Below the pieces are notes generated by a model, which made no database searches, was not told the DNA's origin, and saw only the letters and a list, made by a program, of their open reading frames with translations. Of a DNA stretch of 64,000 nt, positions 12,398-27,366 are shown one piece after another (position 1 is the first letter of the stretch; each line of letters opens with the position of its first letter). Where the stretch lies: the NCBI RefSeq assembly GCF_000143415.4, contig NW_003314271.1, positions 947,150 to 1,011,149 on the forward strand, written 5' to 3'. Source of the DNA: Selaginella moellendorffii. Its lineage: Eukaryota; Plantae; Lycopodiophyta. Made by a program: the position numbers and the translations under genes.

Positions 12398-15014
12398 CAG
12401 TGAAACGTGTATATACATTCCCCAATGTCCTGTAGGGATTAATACAAAAACCAGGCATGCTGCCCAAAGGTCATGCTATCTAGTGGAGATCTCCTTCATC
12501 TAAAGTGAGACTAAGCCTACAGTACAAGCGGCTACTGTTGCCTCCATTGTATCGCATCCAGATCTAAGTCCCCCCTTTGTGTTGACTGCAAGATTGACTC
12601 CGGGGGGTGCCATCTCCAATGAACCTTATTGTGGTCTCCTTCACCGAAACATGGTAGCCATGCTTTTTGCCACTCCTCGAGCCTCTCAAGCTTCCCCCTG
12701 TCTTGGAGGATAGCATGGTGAAGTCGTACTGCCCCCAATGTAAGTCTCCACCATTCTGCTAGTACCTGTGATACTTTGACCTATGTCCCGTCAAAGTGCA
12801 CCCAGTTACGTGCTTCCCAAAGGGCTTGGACTCTCATCACACGCCATACCACCCATCAAGCATGGCCAAGTGCCTCCCACACGGGGACTCCTATCTCCAC
12901 CCCAGTCATGTCCTAGTGGACCTGAATCCCCCAACCGTGTCGTCCTTTGCACCTGATGTGTTGCAGGGCTGGGCCCTAAGCAGGACCCCTCGCTCCCTCA
13001 AACCAGTGGAGCACATCCCCACTGTGGGCCTCAAAATCCTGTGTAATGCCTAGCTCTTTCCCTACCTTAATGATCTGGCACCACACCTCCTTTGTAGTGT
13101 CGCACTCCCACAATGCATGCTTGACTGTCTCAATTTCACCACACTCCTTGCACGTGCAACTCACGTCATCCTGGAATTGCTGTCCAACTGAGAGACCATT
13201 ATTCGCTACCAACCAGGAGGTGACTTTCACTTTTTTCCTGCATGGGCAGCTTCTAAAAGTGAATTGTGTTGTCCACCACTTGCTCCGTGTCAACCCCCTG
13301 TGCTATCCACTTTTGCCATAGCTTTGGAATCTCCTCTCTTGCCTCCTCCCATGATGTCAGTAGTCCATTCCACGCTTCCTTGACCGCACAGGAGAAAAAG
13401 CTTCCCATCCCTCGTCACCATGTGGCAGGGTCCCAGTCCAGATCTTCAAGCAGCTGCTGTCACCACCATATCAGTGGTCCATCACCCTCTAGCAAGTCTT
13501 CTGATTCCACCACGTCTAGCCTCTTGGGTGACTGCCTAAGCACACGAATCCTCCCACATACCTCATTGTTCGTGACGTCTGGCATCACTTGTCTCTCAGC
13601 CGTTGGGAGGAGCATATCTCCTCTTGTGACGCAAAAAGGCCATCCTATGTTGTGCTCTGGTGCAGTGACGAACCACACCTCGACATCCCCTTCTTCCCAT
13701 GCTGGTGTAGGTGTAGTGAATGATTGAGTCCACTTCCCCAATGGATGTCGCACTGCATCGTGCTCCTCCCACTATGTTTGCTACTGAATTGCCACAAAGT
13801 CCCCTGCTTTAAGGCATCTTCTCGGCCACTTCGTCCCTGCTTTCGTGTCGTTCACCACCTGGAGGAGTCGCAGAACGTCTAGCAGGATGTTGCATCGCTT
13901 CCAAGGTCCAAAAACTTGAGTCCTTCTTGCTGTTCACCACCAATCCCTGTCGATCATTCCCGCCAGTTGTTTCATGGTCCAAAAGCCATTTGCATGCATT
14001 TTTCTCCAGATTGTGTGGTGAGTCTCTTGTCCCAGTGTCACACCTCCCACTTTGAACAGTGCATTGAAAAACAGAGACTGGTTAAGCCACTCCTCGGCCC
14101 TGGTCGGTGGTACTTGCTCCAGCGGAAAGGCTTTCCACAGTCGGTGAAGGCTCTGGATGAAGTTGCCCCCTTTCACTACTTGAGTTGGTCCTTTTACAAA
14201 GAGCCACCATGGGTCCTCCTCCCAGGGTTTGGCTGCATTGTGTTTGGGGTGTATCGCTAGGAGGCTCTGCTAGAACATGAGTCACCACGGCTGTCTCCCC
14301 TGTTGCAGTCCCATAAGAAAAATCTTGTACCTCAACACCTTCGCCATGTCGCTGGGGTCAATGATCCCGAGCCCTCCTAGGATGCACAGCCTCGCTGTAG
14401 ACTGCCATGCCACCTTGGCCATGGTTTGCCCTGTAACCAATGCTCCACGCCATACGTAGGTTCGCACCATCTATCGCACCTTCTACAATGTAGTTTCCAA
14501 CACCGGCCAAATCGAGAGGTGGTACCAGATGTTAGGGAGGATCATGCCCTTGACTACTACGATCCAAGCTGGGAGCCCAAGTTTCCTCAGTGTTCATTTC
14601 TGAACTGCAGTCTAGATCCTCCTGAGTAGTGTATCATCCTGTGTGGCCACACTGTACTGGACCCCAACCTGGATGCTGAGGTACCGAGTGTCTTTGCCAC
14701 TAATATCCTATCTCTTGTCCCCAAGCCTCGATGCCTGGCTTTCCCCAGTTCACTCCTACTAACTTGTTCCAGTTTATAGCTACTCCCGCTGCCATGTTGA
14801 AGATCTTGAGCTTGGACCTTGCTGCGTCCAGGTTCCTTGGGGTGGCGAGCAGGAAAAGTGCAATATCATCTGCAAATGCCCCATCCTACAACTCTTGTGT
14901 CACGACTTGAGTTCCCAGGAGTTGTAGTTGTTCAGAGGGCAGCACCAGGCCTTTTATATCCCCTCCATGTACGAGGAAAGAGCCCAGTGTCTCTGCTACT
15001 ATCAAAAACAGGTA
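12398..15014 (-). mobile_element. 5'-truncated, decayed L1-clade LINE (RT C-terminal half and zf-RVT)
   Basis: Minus-strand motifs YLFLIVAETLG..IKGL.LP, AFADD, INWNK, TRYL, AKVAW..GGLGIID and CKECGEIETVKHALWEC. Many stops and frameshifts. Confidence 0.85.
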
Positions 15015-16095
15015 TATGGGTATGTAATTATCTTTTTTTTCTGCCATCAAACATCTTCTGTCTTGGGGAATTGGAAGCTTGGCAAGGCCGCCTTGGGAGA
15101 GAACGTCAAGACACAGATCGTACCTTCAACTTGAGCTCTTCAAGCTCTACGAATTCGGTAAGCTTAAACTCTTGTATTGCAGTTGTTTGTTGATTTTTCT
15201 TTTTTGTATATAGAGGCCTGTCCCTTCTGTAGACGAGTGAGAGAAGCATTGACAGAGCTCGATCTTTCTGCCGAGGTAGTGTCTCGTGGAAGTTGCAGAT
15301 GGAAACTTTTTCAATCTTTGTGTAGGTGTATCCGTGCCCAAAAGGATCTCGAGTCCATCGTGCGTTTGTGAAAGCGTCTGGAGGCAAAGAGCAGTAAGTG
15401 ATACACTCTTGTCTGCAACAGATTCTCATCGAATATGACAGGTTTCCATTTCTCTTGGATCCAAACACCGGCGTGTCAATGGATGAGAGCTGTGAGTAAT
15501 TTTTCTTTTCATCACAATCAGCTTGCATGAATGCCTCTGGCAGCCGATATTGTCAACTACTTGTTCCAGGAATATGGTGAGAGAAGAAGGCCAACATTCG
15601 GGATTTTAGAAAGGTAACAAGTTTTACTGAAGTGTAAACTCTTCGGTATTTCATCATAATGTGTTCCAGCACCTTTAGTCACTGGCTGGGTTCCGACGAT
15701 AATACGAGCAGGGCGAGGCATGTCATTGTGGAATGGAGCATTGCCAGATCCTCCACAGAAGCTCCTTGAGCTCTACTCAAACGAGAACAACCAGATAAAG
15801 CGCTGTGTTTTCAAAGAATTCTAAAAGTTTTTTGGTAGTTTGCAAGGCTCGTAAGAGAAGCCCTGTGCGAGCTGGAACTTCCTTACATCCTCTGGAACAT
15901 GGGCAAAGGGTCACTTAATTGCTCCAAGCTCAAGCAAATTTCGGGTTCAACACAGGTAACCTTTTGATCTATTTTTCCCTTCATTATCATTGTCAAGAAC
16001 AGGTTCCATATCTGGTTGATCCCAACACCGGCATACAAATGGCAGAGTCTCTTGACATAATCCGCTATCTCTTCGCTAACTATAATTCGAAGTGA
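15015..16095 (+). pseudogene. 5'-truncated copy 2 of the GST-N/Trx gene
   Basis: Starts at the parental exon1/intron1 boundary, lacks exon 2 and retains introns. One donor is mutated GT>AT near 15795 and there is a 1-nt insertion near 15672. Confidence 0.9.
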
Positions 16096-18649
16096 TGTTG
16101 ATGGAGAGTTTCCTTGGATTGATCAGCTATCATCGTGTTTGGTACTAATAGTGTATCGAGCTTTACTCCCAAGAACAGCATAGGAAATGGCAGTTGCTAC
16201 CATCAGCAAACGGAGGTACCAGCTAAACCGCAGTGTTCCCACAACTATGGACTGGTTGGCTTTCTAGAACGTACGAAGGAGTGTACGGGGTGATCTGGAC
16301 TAGAGAGAGAAAGAGTTTAGGGTAGGCATTCCTTTTGTACCCCATTTTCAAGAAAAGAGGCATTTGGCGCATCACCTGGTCGCTTTTCTGCTACCGCCGG
16401 GAACGAGCTCAAGGTTGGGAGGTATGGGTTATGATGTGGGGATCGTTCGTGATTTGGGGTCGTGTCCTTCTTGGTAGGAAGAGAGGAAATTCTGCTTCGC
16501 ATGCATCCAGGATGTCCCTGGGGGGAGGGTGTGATGTCCTGGACTGAGAAAACCCAAAACCATGGCTGGGACAGCAGTTCTTGGGCAGAATTTGAGAGCC
16601 TTGCATGCGCACACAGTGGCTATCATCCTGTTTAAGTCTTTCTTTCTTGACTTCTCGACTCACTGACCAAACTTTTTGTGACGAGGTTTGAAGTTCTGGA
16701 GAGCAAGGACGAGCTTGATCTCATTGGACAACAACCACCAGAATCGCTGCGGCAGTTTAACCAGCGCTTTCAGTCTTATATTCGTAAATTCGTCTTGTGT
16801 GGCGACTTGATACGGCTGTGCATCACTTTGCCAAGTTCCAGCCTTCTTGGATTGGTCCTTATCAGGTACTTTCTCGTGCTGGCACTAATTCGTATTGGCT
16901 AGCAGAGTTGACGGGCAGGAAACCACCGAAGCCAATCAATGGAGTTGATCTCAAACGGTATTTCTTTTGACTGGTACAGTTCACGTTTCGTTTCTATTCT
17001 TTTAATGCTGTGAGTGTCTTTGCGAGAACTATTTTGTTACTCACAGGCCCGAACCTGATTCGGGAGCAGGACACTGTCTCCTGGGATAAGTTCTGTCCCA
17101 TTCGCGATGCGGAGACAGCTTGTTGAGGGGCACGATCCTGTGGTACGTAATGCCTCTCTCTCCCCTGTCTCTTGAGGTTTCCGATCGTCACAGTTCTGAG
17201 GTGCATTCTTTGTCTCAAATCGCTGAGAATGTTAATCTGCATTTCCTTGCTTTCTGTCATAACTGTTACATTTGAACTGCTTTCTATGTTTTCTTGTTCC
17301 GTGGTCTCGTTCGTCTAGTTGTGGCCTGTCGTTAACAATCTTTCACTGGGGATGGCCAAAGCGCTTGGTCTCTCTGGCGTTGGAAAGTTTCATGGCGGTT
17401 GGTTCTCGTCGACAGTTGGCCAAGTCGCTTGGTCCTTTCGGCTTGTCAATCGACTGCCTATGACGGGCTGCTTCAAGGATGGATGAGACACGAGAAATTC
17501 ATGTGTGATGCCTTTCTGTGCTTATTGTCTTTCTTTCATACCATTGCCTCGAAGCTTGAACATGGATGCTACCTCAGAATCTTTGACTTTGGACCTCCAA
17601 TCACTTGGGATTGAGACTCATTCGCCCCTTGAGAGTGCACTCCATCAACACTGAATCTCTTAGTATCTGCGCACTTGGGACGTGCTTTCCCCAGTCAGTC
17701 GCCAAATACGAAACGTACGGGAGAGTGTTATAAGAGGGTAGACATTCTTTGGATGATGTTAGTGCATAGGTCATGAAGGGAACCGCCATGGAGATGTGCT
17801 CCAGGTCGAGATAGCTTCGTGTCGGCTGGATATGCAGTGGAATAACTCCAGCACTGCCAAGGAAGAGAACATAGAATTCAGGTGGTTTTACAACAAACCT
17901 GGAGAATCGCTCAGGTTTTTTGTGGTTGAAGAACTACATTTGTAATGAAGAGCAAGAGTGAGGCATGCAATCCATGACCTAGGTCAATCTGCTGAAATTT
18001 AAGTTGAACCTAAGTTGCAAAGATTGCAGGAAATTTCACTAAAGCATAAAATAGTGATAAAGTCATCTCTTATCTGTAAATTGTTTTTTAAGTTTTGCCA
18101 TCTTGAGTTTAAGTATCAGGTGTTGAGTAGGATTGATGCTAATCTACCGTCAAGCATACAACCTTTTACATATTTATCTAAATATTTATTTCGAAATATT
18201 TCTGATATGTAGATGATAAAAGAAAATTTAAAAATTTTAAATATATTTATTCAAAATGAAAGTAATAAAATACTTTAGTTTTATATTATTTTAAAAAATT
18301 ATAAGTTAAATTTTTAGTTTAATATAAAATAATGGTAACATGAAGAACAACAATATTTTCTAAATTTTGTAATATACTTCTTGTTTGCATCCTTTTTAAA
18401 AATATATATACTTATTTATCAGTTTTGATATAAAAAACTTGATCTTGTAAATCCATGTAATAACTATAATTAAGATAAGGTTATTGCTAATGGCAATCCC
18501 CTTGCACCATTTATGATAAAAAATAAATCTCAATAGAGTTTGATTACAAGAAAATGATGAAAAGGAAACACAAAAGGAAGTTAAGCAATATAAATTATAA
18601 CTAAACTTAATTCAATTTATAAATATTGATTATTAAGGTTAAAAATTGT

Positions 18650-19700
18650 CAATGTTGTGCCATTTCTAGCCTCCTGATAAGAGTTGTATCACCATGTTTG
18701 TGTATAAGTGATATAATCTTAACAATTGCTCAATGTGGCCATCTTCCAATTGCTATCATATTATTCCATATGTGTAATAACTCTGCCCCAATCCAATCCT
18801 AATGTTTTTAATTCAAGGGTTTGTTTTAAATAGCTATTAATAATATTTCATTATCTTATGCATTTTTTGGAGGCTTATGTGCATCATATCATAATCATCC
18901 ATAAAAGAGATGTATTGACTTGTAAAATTCCTTATAGAACAAGTTTTCACTAATAAACCTTTTTAAATATCTAAATTTAATTAATGCCTCCATTTTTTCT
19001 GCTTCTAAAGTAAACAATTACTCCTTTATTTTTGATAGTTAGGTTTAAAATGTAGAACTTTTTAATTGTTGCTTGATCAATATTTTGATAGCTTTTATAT
19101 CCCTTTTAATGACTTATATTTTATTAGATCTTCTCCTTCACTTAGTCTATGTTTTTTTCATGGAGCTCACTGGTTATTTTAACCATGAATTTGTTAACTT
19201 CCTAGCTTTCTTTTATACAATAAATAGTGTATGTGTTTTCAAAGTGTTTTTTTGATAATGTAGGCTTCTTGATTCCACATCTTTAAGGATTAATATTGTT
19301 AACAAAACAGTGATCCAAGAAGTCTTTATACTCTATAGAAATATTTAGTTTCTCATTATTATGACATAAATTTGGTGACAAATAAAAATGTTTTATTTTT
19401 CTTTGATAAAATTAAAATCTCCAGTAACAATCAATGTTGAAGGTTACAAAGGGAGCTCCTTTAAGATCTCTTGAAAAAAACAACCCCTCTCTAATGAATA
19501 ACTTACCAATGCGTATACATTTAGAGAGCATTAGTCATATATTTGATTTTAAATTAAACACATTACACTTGATCCCAGAACCAATATTATGTCTATTATA
19601 AAGTAACTCCCACAAACTTTAACCATTACTAGCATCCCCCTACTACATTCTATTGTCAAGTTCCAAAAGTTTTTTTTTTTTTGCAAACTTATACACTAAA
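18650..19700 (-). mobile_element. Highly decayed LINE ORF2 fragment (AP endonuclease region)
   Basis: Minus-strand translation fragments NVYA..ERGCFFQEILKELP..LIVTGDFNF and FLDHCFVN fit APE motifs. Confidence 0.55.
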
Positions 19701-22459
19701 TTCACACTTGAAAGACAATGCTTTTGCATACATAAAAAATCATTTGTGATATTCCTTATGATGTTAATAGAATTATCATACATACTTACTATCACGAAAC
19801 TCGTTATGCATGTTTTTGTAAAAGGCATGATATGTCCATGTAACACACGTGGTTTTCACCCTTTATTTTATGGTGATTTACCATAGGATAACCACAAAGT
19901 GGAATCTAAACCCTCCATATGCCATATGCCATATATCACATATCCAATGGACAGCAAAGTGGAACTCGAGTTTTAAGGCCACTCATTGGGCCACTGAATG
20001 AAGATACGGAGCTAAACTCCCAAACTTGCAGCTGGGTCTAAGTCCAAGTTCCATACCATGTTAATTAGTAAATACCCATATCTTTATGTTAGACCACTGG
20101 TATATTGAAATAGTGTCAAACTTTATTTGGGTCCGTTTTGCATGCTAGTCTTGGTATTAGAATGTTGAATGCTCTAAGACTGTTTCTACATCACTCCATA
20201 CTCCTGTCTCTTCACTTTTTGGGCTGAATGTTCAAAAATCACACCATACTCCAGTTCTTTCACTCATTAAGTTGGATGCAGAACAAAGATACGCATGCAA
20301 ATAAGAGTTAAATTATGCCTTAAGTTAGTCGGCCATGCCTGACTTACCCACTATCCCTACTATATATTTGGAAACTTTGATAGCCCCCCCTCCTTGAGGA
20401 ACATATGCTTTGGGCTTTCAACTTTAACTACCCTTAGTACTAGGAGTTAGTCTCTAGAACTAACTTGAAACTTATTAAATATGGAATGTCTCTAGATTGT
20501 AAATATGAATACGAGACCAACACTATTGTGGTTAGAATAATCTTTACATTCCGTAGATATGCCAAATAAGTAGATCTAGACACTTTCTATAAATAGCATT
20601 TGGAACCAAATGGTACTAACAGAAGGCATATGATAGTGAGGGTGTTTGGCAGACACGGTAAATTATCATTTGGCAAATATTGAGAGACTAAGAAAAATTT
20701 TACGAGGGTTCCCAACATTAGTAAGTGCAAGTCAATGAATGAGTTTCTCTAACCAAGTCAAGTATGTTTGACTAATAGCACTTAGGAATTCCATCCTGAT
20801 GCTCATCTGGTCAAGTGCATACGTAAAGACTAGTTTCTTAATTAGCTTAGGCGAAGACTGAAAAAAAAGGTTTAGCAATACTGCTTGCCGTCGTGGCAAT
20901 AAAGAAAGAATATCCAAAAAAACTAGCCGATAGATAACTTTTAATACCTGAAGTCACTTTCGCGACAGTCCACATCATAACTTGGAAAATGAGAAAGTTT
21001 AGAAATTAGATAAAATATGAAATACCTACTCATCTTTTTAGGCTTACTTTGAATGCCCCTAATATCGATGCTAATAGGATCCATGGTGCATTCGAAGGAA
21101 AATGACTTGAAATAAACTTTTGCTACATACATCATAAGCTCATACATCCAGTTGGGGTCGTTTAGTAAGATAAAAATGACATAGTTAACTTCGAGTAAAA
21201 ATGTTTATAACAAGAAGAATATATCACACATGTGGTCGAGTGTGAGAAAGTTTCTAGTCCTTGACTTTCCTATCAATATTTGAAGACTATTTGGAAAGTT
21301 GAAGAGAATGAAATTTGCAAGGGCTTTTATATCTTTCAACACTAATGGTCGAACTAGTGTTGTATTTCTATGTTCATGTCTTCTTTTGTGAAAGATGTCA
21401 GCAATTTACTATAGAAGCCAATGAAGACACCCATAATGCCTCGATGTGTTATTGGGAAAACAAGACAAACCTATAGAAGAGTCATATGAATAAAAAAGCT
21501 ACCATCTTATGATTGTTTGGTAGTGAAATTAGAGCTTGATCTTGGTTATCAAATGGTGGAATATGAGTTTGATTCAGAGCTTCTTTATCCTCATCTCCAT
21601 CATCACTACATCATCATTAAATTTGAACTTCTCATAAGGTCACTCAACCCAATACTATTTAAACCCAAAGAAGTTTAACCCCCAAATAGCCTACCAATTG
21701 GAAAAAACAGTGCCCTTTATATTTGAACCTTTATAAATCATTTCTCAAATTAGTTTACAATCTACCACATTTCCTTGCAAATTCACGCCCTCCTGAAAAG
21801 TTGAGAACCACAACTCTCCCTGAGAGCCCCATTTTTTGATATTAAATATCCCAATACCCTACTCACAAATTGCGTGATATAGATAACCCTCTTTATCATG
21901 TTCTCAAATACTTTTGACAGTTTTTTCTCTCTGTTCATCAAGTAGATATTGAGGAATGCTAGAGTCTCTATTTGTTTTTTGTATGGAAATTAATTTTGGG
22001 ATATTGTAAATCATATCATCTAGAGTTTTATTCACTACAAAAGTAATATGTGTAATTGAGAAAAATGAAGCATAAAAAATTTATATTTGTGAGTATAAAG
22101 TTTAGCTATACTCTCTAGCCACTCTTTCAACTTGTGATTGTCTGTAATGCATATTAGTTTCTTAACCTTTGAAGACTTTACATATTGATTTCTATACTTA
22201 ATTTGTAAAAACTCAGCCAAGAGCTCTTCTTGACTCTTCTCCAGATACACAAGTTCATATACATCTTGCTTGACCTTTACTAAAGAATAGAAACTAGAAA
22301 AATAAAAATAAAGTGAAGGAAAGATATATCTTATAGCACACCATAAGCATAAAATTGATTGGGTTGTTGAACCAGATCATACTATCATTTCAAGTCTATG
22401 AGTGCTGAACAAGTGTTGCAAGATCATCACAATAATATTGTCAGATATCATCCTCACTC

Positions 22460-22820
22460 TGTCAAGACCCCCAACAAAATCAAGACTCGAAAATGCAGAA
22501 GACAAAGAGAAAAGCTAGTGAAAACGAAAAAAAAACCTTAAACTGGCGTTGATTCAAATTGTGGAGAAATGGAACAAGGCTAACCTATATATACTATAGG
22601 TTGATGAAGTTCCACCACTCTTGGATCGGAGACGGCCTAAATATAGCTAAGGTCGAGGAGGCACCACGTCATCATCAAGAATGTGGCTCGAGATTTAGGA
22701 ATCGTACAGGAAATCAGAGAGTCAGGAATAGGGAAGTGTCTTGAAAGTCAAGAATATGGTCTGTAGGTCAGGAATCCAGTGAGAGTCAGGAATGTGGCAA
22801 GAATTGGGGGATTCCTGACA
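22460..22820 (-). repeat. 3' LTR of the chromovirus
   Basis: TGTCAAGACCCC...ATTCCTGACA, a direct repeat of 27367-27724. Confidence 0.95.
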
Positions 22821-25800
22821 GCACCCCCTCCTCAAGAACGAGTGGAACGAGGACATGAATGAGAACGAAGAGGAGGATGAGATGGGCGGCGAGGGATAGA
22901 AGATGGAGAAAAAGAATGAGGACTGGGATGAGAAAGATAGTGGTGGTGGAAGTCCTGAACAAGTCAGGAGAATGAATTAGGTTGTCCGCAGGTTCCCAAG
23001 TGCATTTCTCAAGTCCATAACCCTTCCAATCTACCAGATAGTAGAGGTTAGACCGTGAGATCTTGGAATCAAGGATGTCTTGAACCTCGTACTCACACCC
23101 ATCCTCGAGCTGCACTGGTGGAGGCGGAGGAATGACCCAATTTGGTATAGGACTGGGAATATAAAGCTCAAGGAGAGAGGAGTAAAAAACGGGGTGAATT
23201 TGATATGAGGAAGGAAGTGCAAGGCAATAAGTGATAGGATTAATGATGGCAGTGATAGGGAAAGGACCGAGGCATTTGAAATTAAGTTTGGGACATGGCC
23301 TAGTGGTGGACATATTTCACCTGAGGAGCCAGACTTTATCCTCGATATTGTAAGGGGGACAATCTTGACGATGGACATTGGCAAATGTTTTGTGAGATTC
23401 CTAAGCACGATGGAGGTGGAAGGAGATGGAGTTGTGGATTTCCTAGAGGTTGGAGATAAATGCCTCAGAGCGGGGATTTGAACGAGAGGATTCGGATGGA
23501 AAAGGAAGTGAGAGATTGAATTGGGGATTTCGGCTAGAGTTCGCAAAGAAGGGGGAAACTTGAAGGGAGGAGTGAACAGAATTGTTATAGGAGAACTCAG
23601 CAAGGGGAAGGATATCGAATCAGTCATCCTGATGATAGTTGATAAAGCCCCTCAAGAATTGTTTCAATGTCTGAATTGTTCACTCAGACTGTCCATCACT
23701 TTGAGGATGATACGCCGAAGAGAGGTTGGCCTTCACTCCAAGAAACTGCAAGAACCATTGCCAGAAATGAGAGACAAACTGATGTCCCCGATCCGAAACC
23801 ACATCTACAGGAATCCCATGAAGTTGGAAAATTTCCCTGAATACCAGTTTTGCCATGTCCTTGCCCGAAAACTCCTTGGTACACGGCAGGAAGTGTGCCA
23901 TCTTTGTGAAGCGATTCACCACGACTAAAATGCTGTTGAAGCCTCCATAACTCGGAAGATCACTCAAGAAATCCATGGAGATGGATTCTCAAGGACCTAA
24001 AGGGACCGGGAGGGAACGAAGCAAACCTGAAGGAAGGTGGCAAGGTACCTTATTCCGGGTGCAAGTGTCACAGGAGGTAACAAAAGCTTTGATGTAGTCA
24101 TCCATGTGAGGCCACCAAAAGTCCTGTGCAACCAGCTCATAGGTTTTCACAATGCCGAAGTGACCAGTAATCGGGCTATTTTGGCACGCCATCAGGACCA
24201 ACCTTCGAGCATCACCTTCAGGAACGTAAAGCTGCTCCCCACGGTACAACAAGCCATCTAAGAACTTGAACTCGTCAAATCGCTGGTAGTTGGGAGTCAC
24301 TGGGTATCCAGCTTGAAGATGGGGGAAAATGTCGCTGGTGAGGTCGTTGGATTGAAGATTGTTTCTGATCGCATCCATCAAGGAGGAGTCCTGAGGGACC
24401 AGGGAAATTGCCATAACTTGAAGCCGATTAGGACTAAGGATAACCTAATCCTGTTGATTGAAGGCAAGATTACAAGGCCTGAGACTGAGATAGGTGCGCC
24501 TTAAAAGAGCATCAGGAAGGCCTTGAAGCTTTCCAGGTCTGTATTTGATAATAAAGTCAAATTGACTTAGGAATTGTGCCCACCTTGCCTGACAACAGCT
24601 CAAAACTCGGGAAGTGGCAAAGTACTCGAGATTTTTATGATCTGTCCAGGCCATTGTTTGATGGCTTGCCCCCTCCAAGAAACGACGCCACTCTCCAAAG
24701 GAATCCACGATGGCAAGGAGCTCCTTATTGTGGATTTCGTAATTGATCTCCGCAAGCTAGAATTTCTGAGAATAAAAAGCGATCGGATGAAATTCCTGAT
24801 CTGCTCTGAGTTGAGACAACACAGCACCGATGGCAAAATTGGAAGTGTCAGCCTCGATAAAGAAAGGTTGTGAGGGATCAGTGTGGATCAAGACGGGAGC
24901 AGAATTGAAGGCCACCTTGAGTGTGTCGAAGGTTTGCTAGGCAGCAGTAAACCAAGAGAAGGGAACATCCTTGTGAGTGAGATGCGTGAGAGGAAGGACA
25001 ATGTCAGAGTAGTGATCAATGAATTTGCAGTAAAAGTTGGCAAAGCCAAGGAAAACCTGAACGTCCGACATTGATTGTGGAGGCTCCCATTCAAGAATAG
25101 TTTTGACTTTGGCAAGATCCATCATGATACCTTTAGAAGTGACAATGTACCCAAGGAACTCCACAGACTCCTGATCGAAAGAACATTTCTCAAGCTTTGC
25201 ATATAGGCCATGTTCCCACAGCTTCACCAGCACCTTGTGCACATACTCGTCGTGCTCCTCTTGAGTTTTTGAGTAGATGAGGATGTCGTCGAGGTAGACA
25301 ATCACCATCTGATCAAGAAACTCCCGAAAGACGTTGTTCACCATGTGTTGGAAAACTGCTGGAGCATTTATCAAGCCAAATGGCATGACAGTGTACTCGA
25401 AGTGGCCATGGCGAGTTTGGAATGCAGTTTTCCATTCGTCGCTAGGCCGGATTTGGATTAGGTTGTATGCTCCACGGAGGTCGATCTTGGTGAAGAAGCG
25501 GGCACCACCGAGGTGTTCTAACAGGTCCGAGATCAAGGGCAACAGATAACGGTTCCGAATAGTCAGCATGTTCAAACCTCAGTAGTCGATGACTAGCTAC
25601 AAACTCCCATCCTTCTTCTTGACAAAGAAGACAAGCACTCCAGTCGGGGAGTACGAATGCTAAATGTACCCCGAGGCAAGATTCTCATCCACATACCCTT
25701 TGAGGGCCTTAAGCTCGGACGGAAATAACCCTTAGATAAGCCCCCACGGAGGTGATGCTCCTTCCTATAAATCAATGGGACAGTCATAAGGTTAACGAAC

Positions 25801-27366
25801 AAGCAGTGCACTAGCTTTTTTCTTGTCAAACACATCCCCAAAATCATGATACTTCTCAGGAAGACTGACAAGAGAAACATGCAAAGCAAAAAGGAAAACA
25901 AGTTCTTCATGAAGGAGTTCTTTCATAGTGATTGTGGAGATAGGAGGAGGCGTACGACTAAATGGAATGATGAGACGAGGATACTGTCTAGTGTAAGATG
26001 GAAGAGAGGGAAAAGAAGAGGGTGAAAACTTCATAGAGTCAGGAACAGAACCTCAATTTGAGTTGAGGGAACTTTTTTTGAGTTGGACTCGATGAACAGT
26101 AGGGGAAGCTGTGGGAGATGGTGACATGGGAGAGACGAGCTGTAATTCCTTCCAACATATCTGAGGTTGGTGTAGTTGGAACCAAGGAAGGCCAAGCACC
26201 ATAGAGGAGGACTTGCTGTTGATGATGTTGAAGGTGATATCGGTGACGGTGGACCTGATGTGTACTCAAACGGGCAACGTTTCCCTAAGGCCAGAAGATG
26301 GAGACACAAAATGTCTGCCGATGCCTTCAACCCTCAGATCCTGTATGGTAGGAGAAAGAGGAACATGATGTCGGGCAGCAAAGTTTATGTCCATGAAGCA
26401 GGAAGTTGCAGCCGAGTCCAGTAGCACCAGAGCCTTGAGTCCTGATTGTTCGGTGAAAGAAAGGAGACATAGGATGAGGAAGTTGCGGGAATTGGTGGTG
26501 GCTTTGATGAAAGGTGGTGAGGAGCTTGATAAAGAAGAAAAGTGATTTTTATTCGGGGAGTCCAAATAGACAGCTCCTATTCTGTTTGGACAGGGTCGTT
26601 TCCCAACTACAATAGAGGTGGACCTTGATGCAGAGTGAACTCGAGCAGTCGGGGAGGCTTCTTGGGACACACAGCTGCTTTGTGATTAGGATCAACATAA
26701 TAGAGGCAAAGATTATGAGATATTCGACATTGCTTCTCAGTAGGACTCAACTTCCCTTTGTTGAGTCGGGGAGTACCAGAAATATCCATTGGGACCGGAG
26801 TAGTAGGTTTGGGAGTATGCCCCGAAGACTCAAGCTGGGATTTCTAAATCTGGGATGGGAAAACGGCGGTGCGGCAACTTTCTTGACGACGTTCAAAGAG
26901 ACGATTGTCACATCAGCTCTAGAACCGCGACCCCTTTCATGCTCTTCTCTAGGAGAGGAGAAAACCATGACAAAGCTGCACATCGAGCAACGTCCCGATC
27001 ACACCGATTTGAGACTTGGGAGTGGGGTACCGCTGATGTTGAAGTGCGAAAATCAGCTCCATCTGGTTTAGGAATCCGTGAAGCTCTGAACACTTGCTTG
27101 AAAATTTCGCCGGGAAACTCACCTTCGGTTCAAGAACTTTGCTGGGTCCTTGAGCCGAAAGTGAAGCAAGCTCCTGCTGCATGCAAAGAAGGGTTGCCTT
27201 CAGCTCAGTATTCTTAGATTGGATTTTTGTAAGGACTTCGGCAAGAAATCAGGACAGCTTGAAGACTCCATCGGCAAAGAAGAAAGAAAAAGGGGGAAAA
27301 AGACAAAGACAATCAAACAATCAAAATGAGCTAAAGCAAAAATGAAAAAAACAATCTGAATTAAAT

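Noticed and set aside
15015-17960. Unit A as a Helitron or Pack-MULE
   Set aside because: I found no 5' TC / 3' hairpin-CTRR ends, no clear TIR pair and no TSD.
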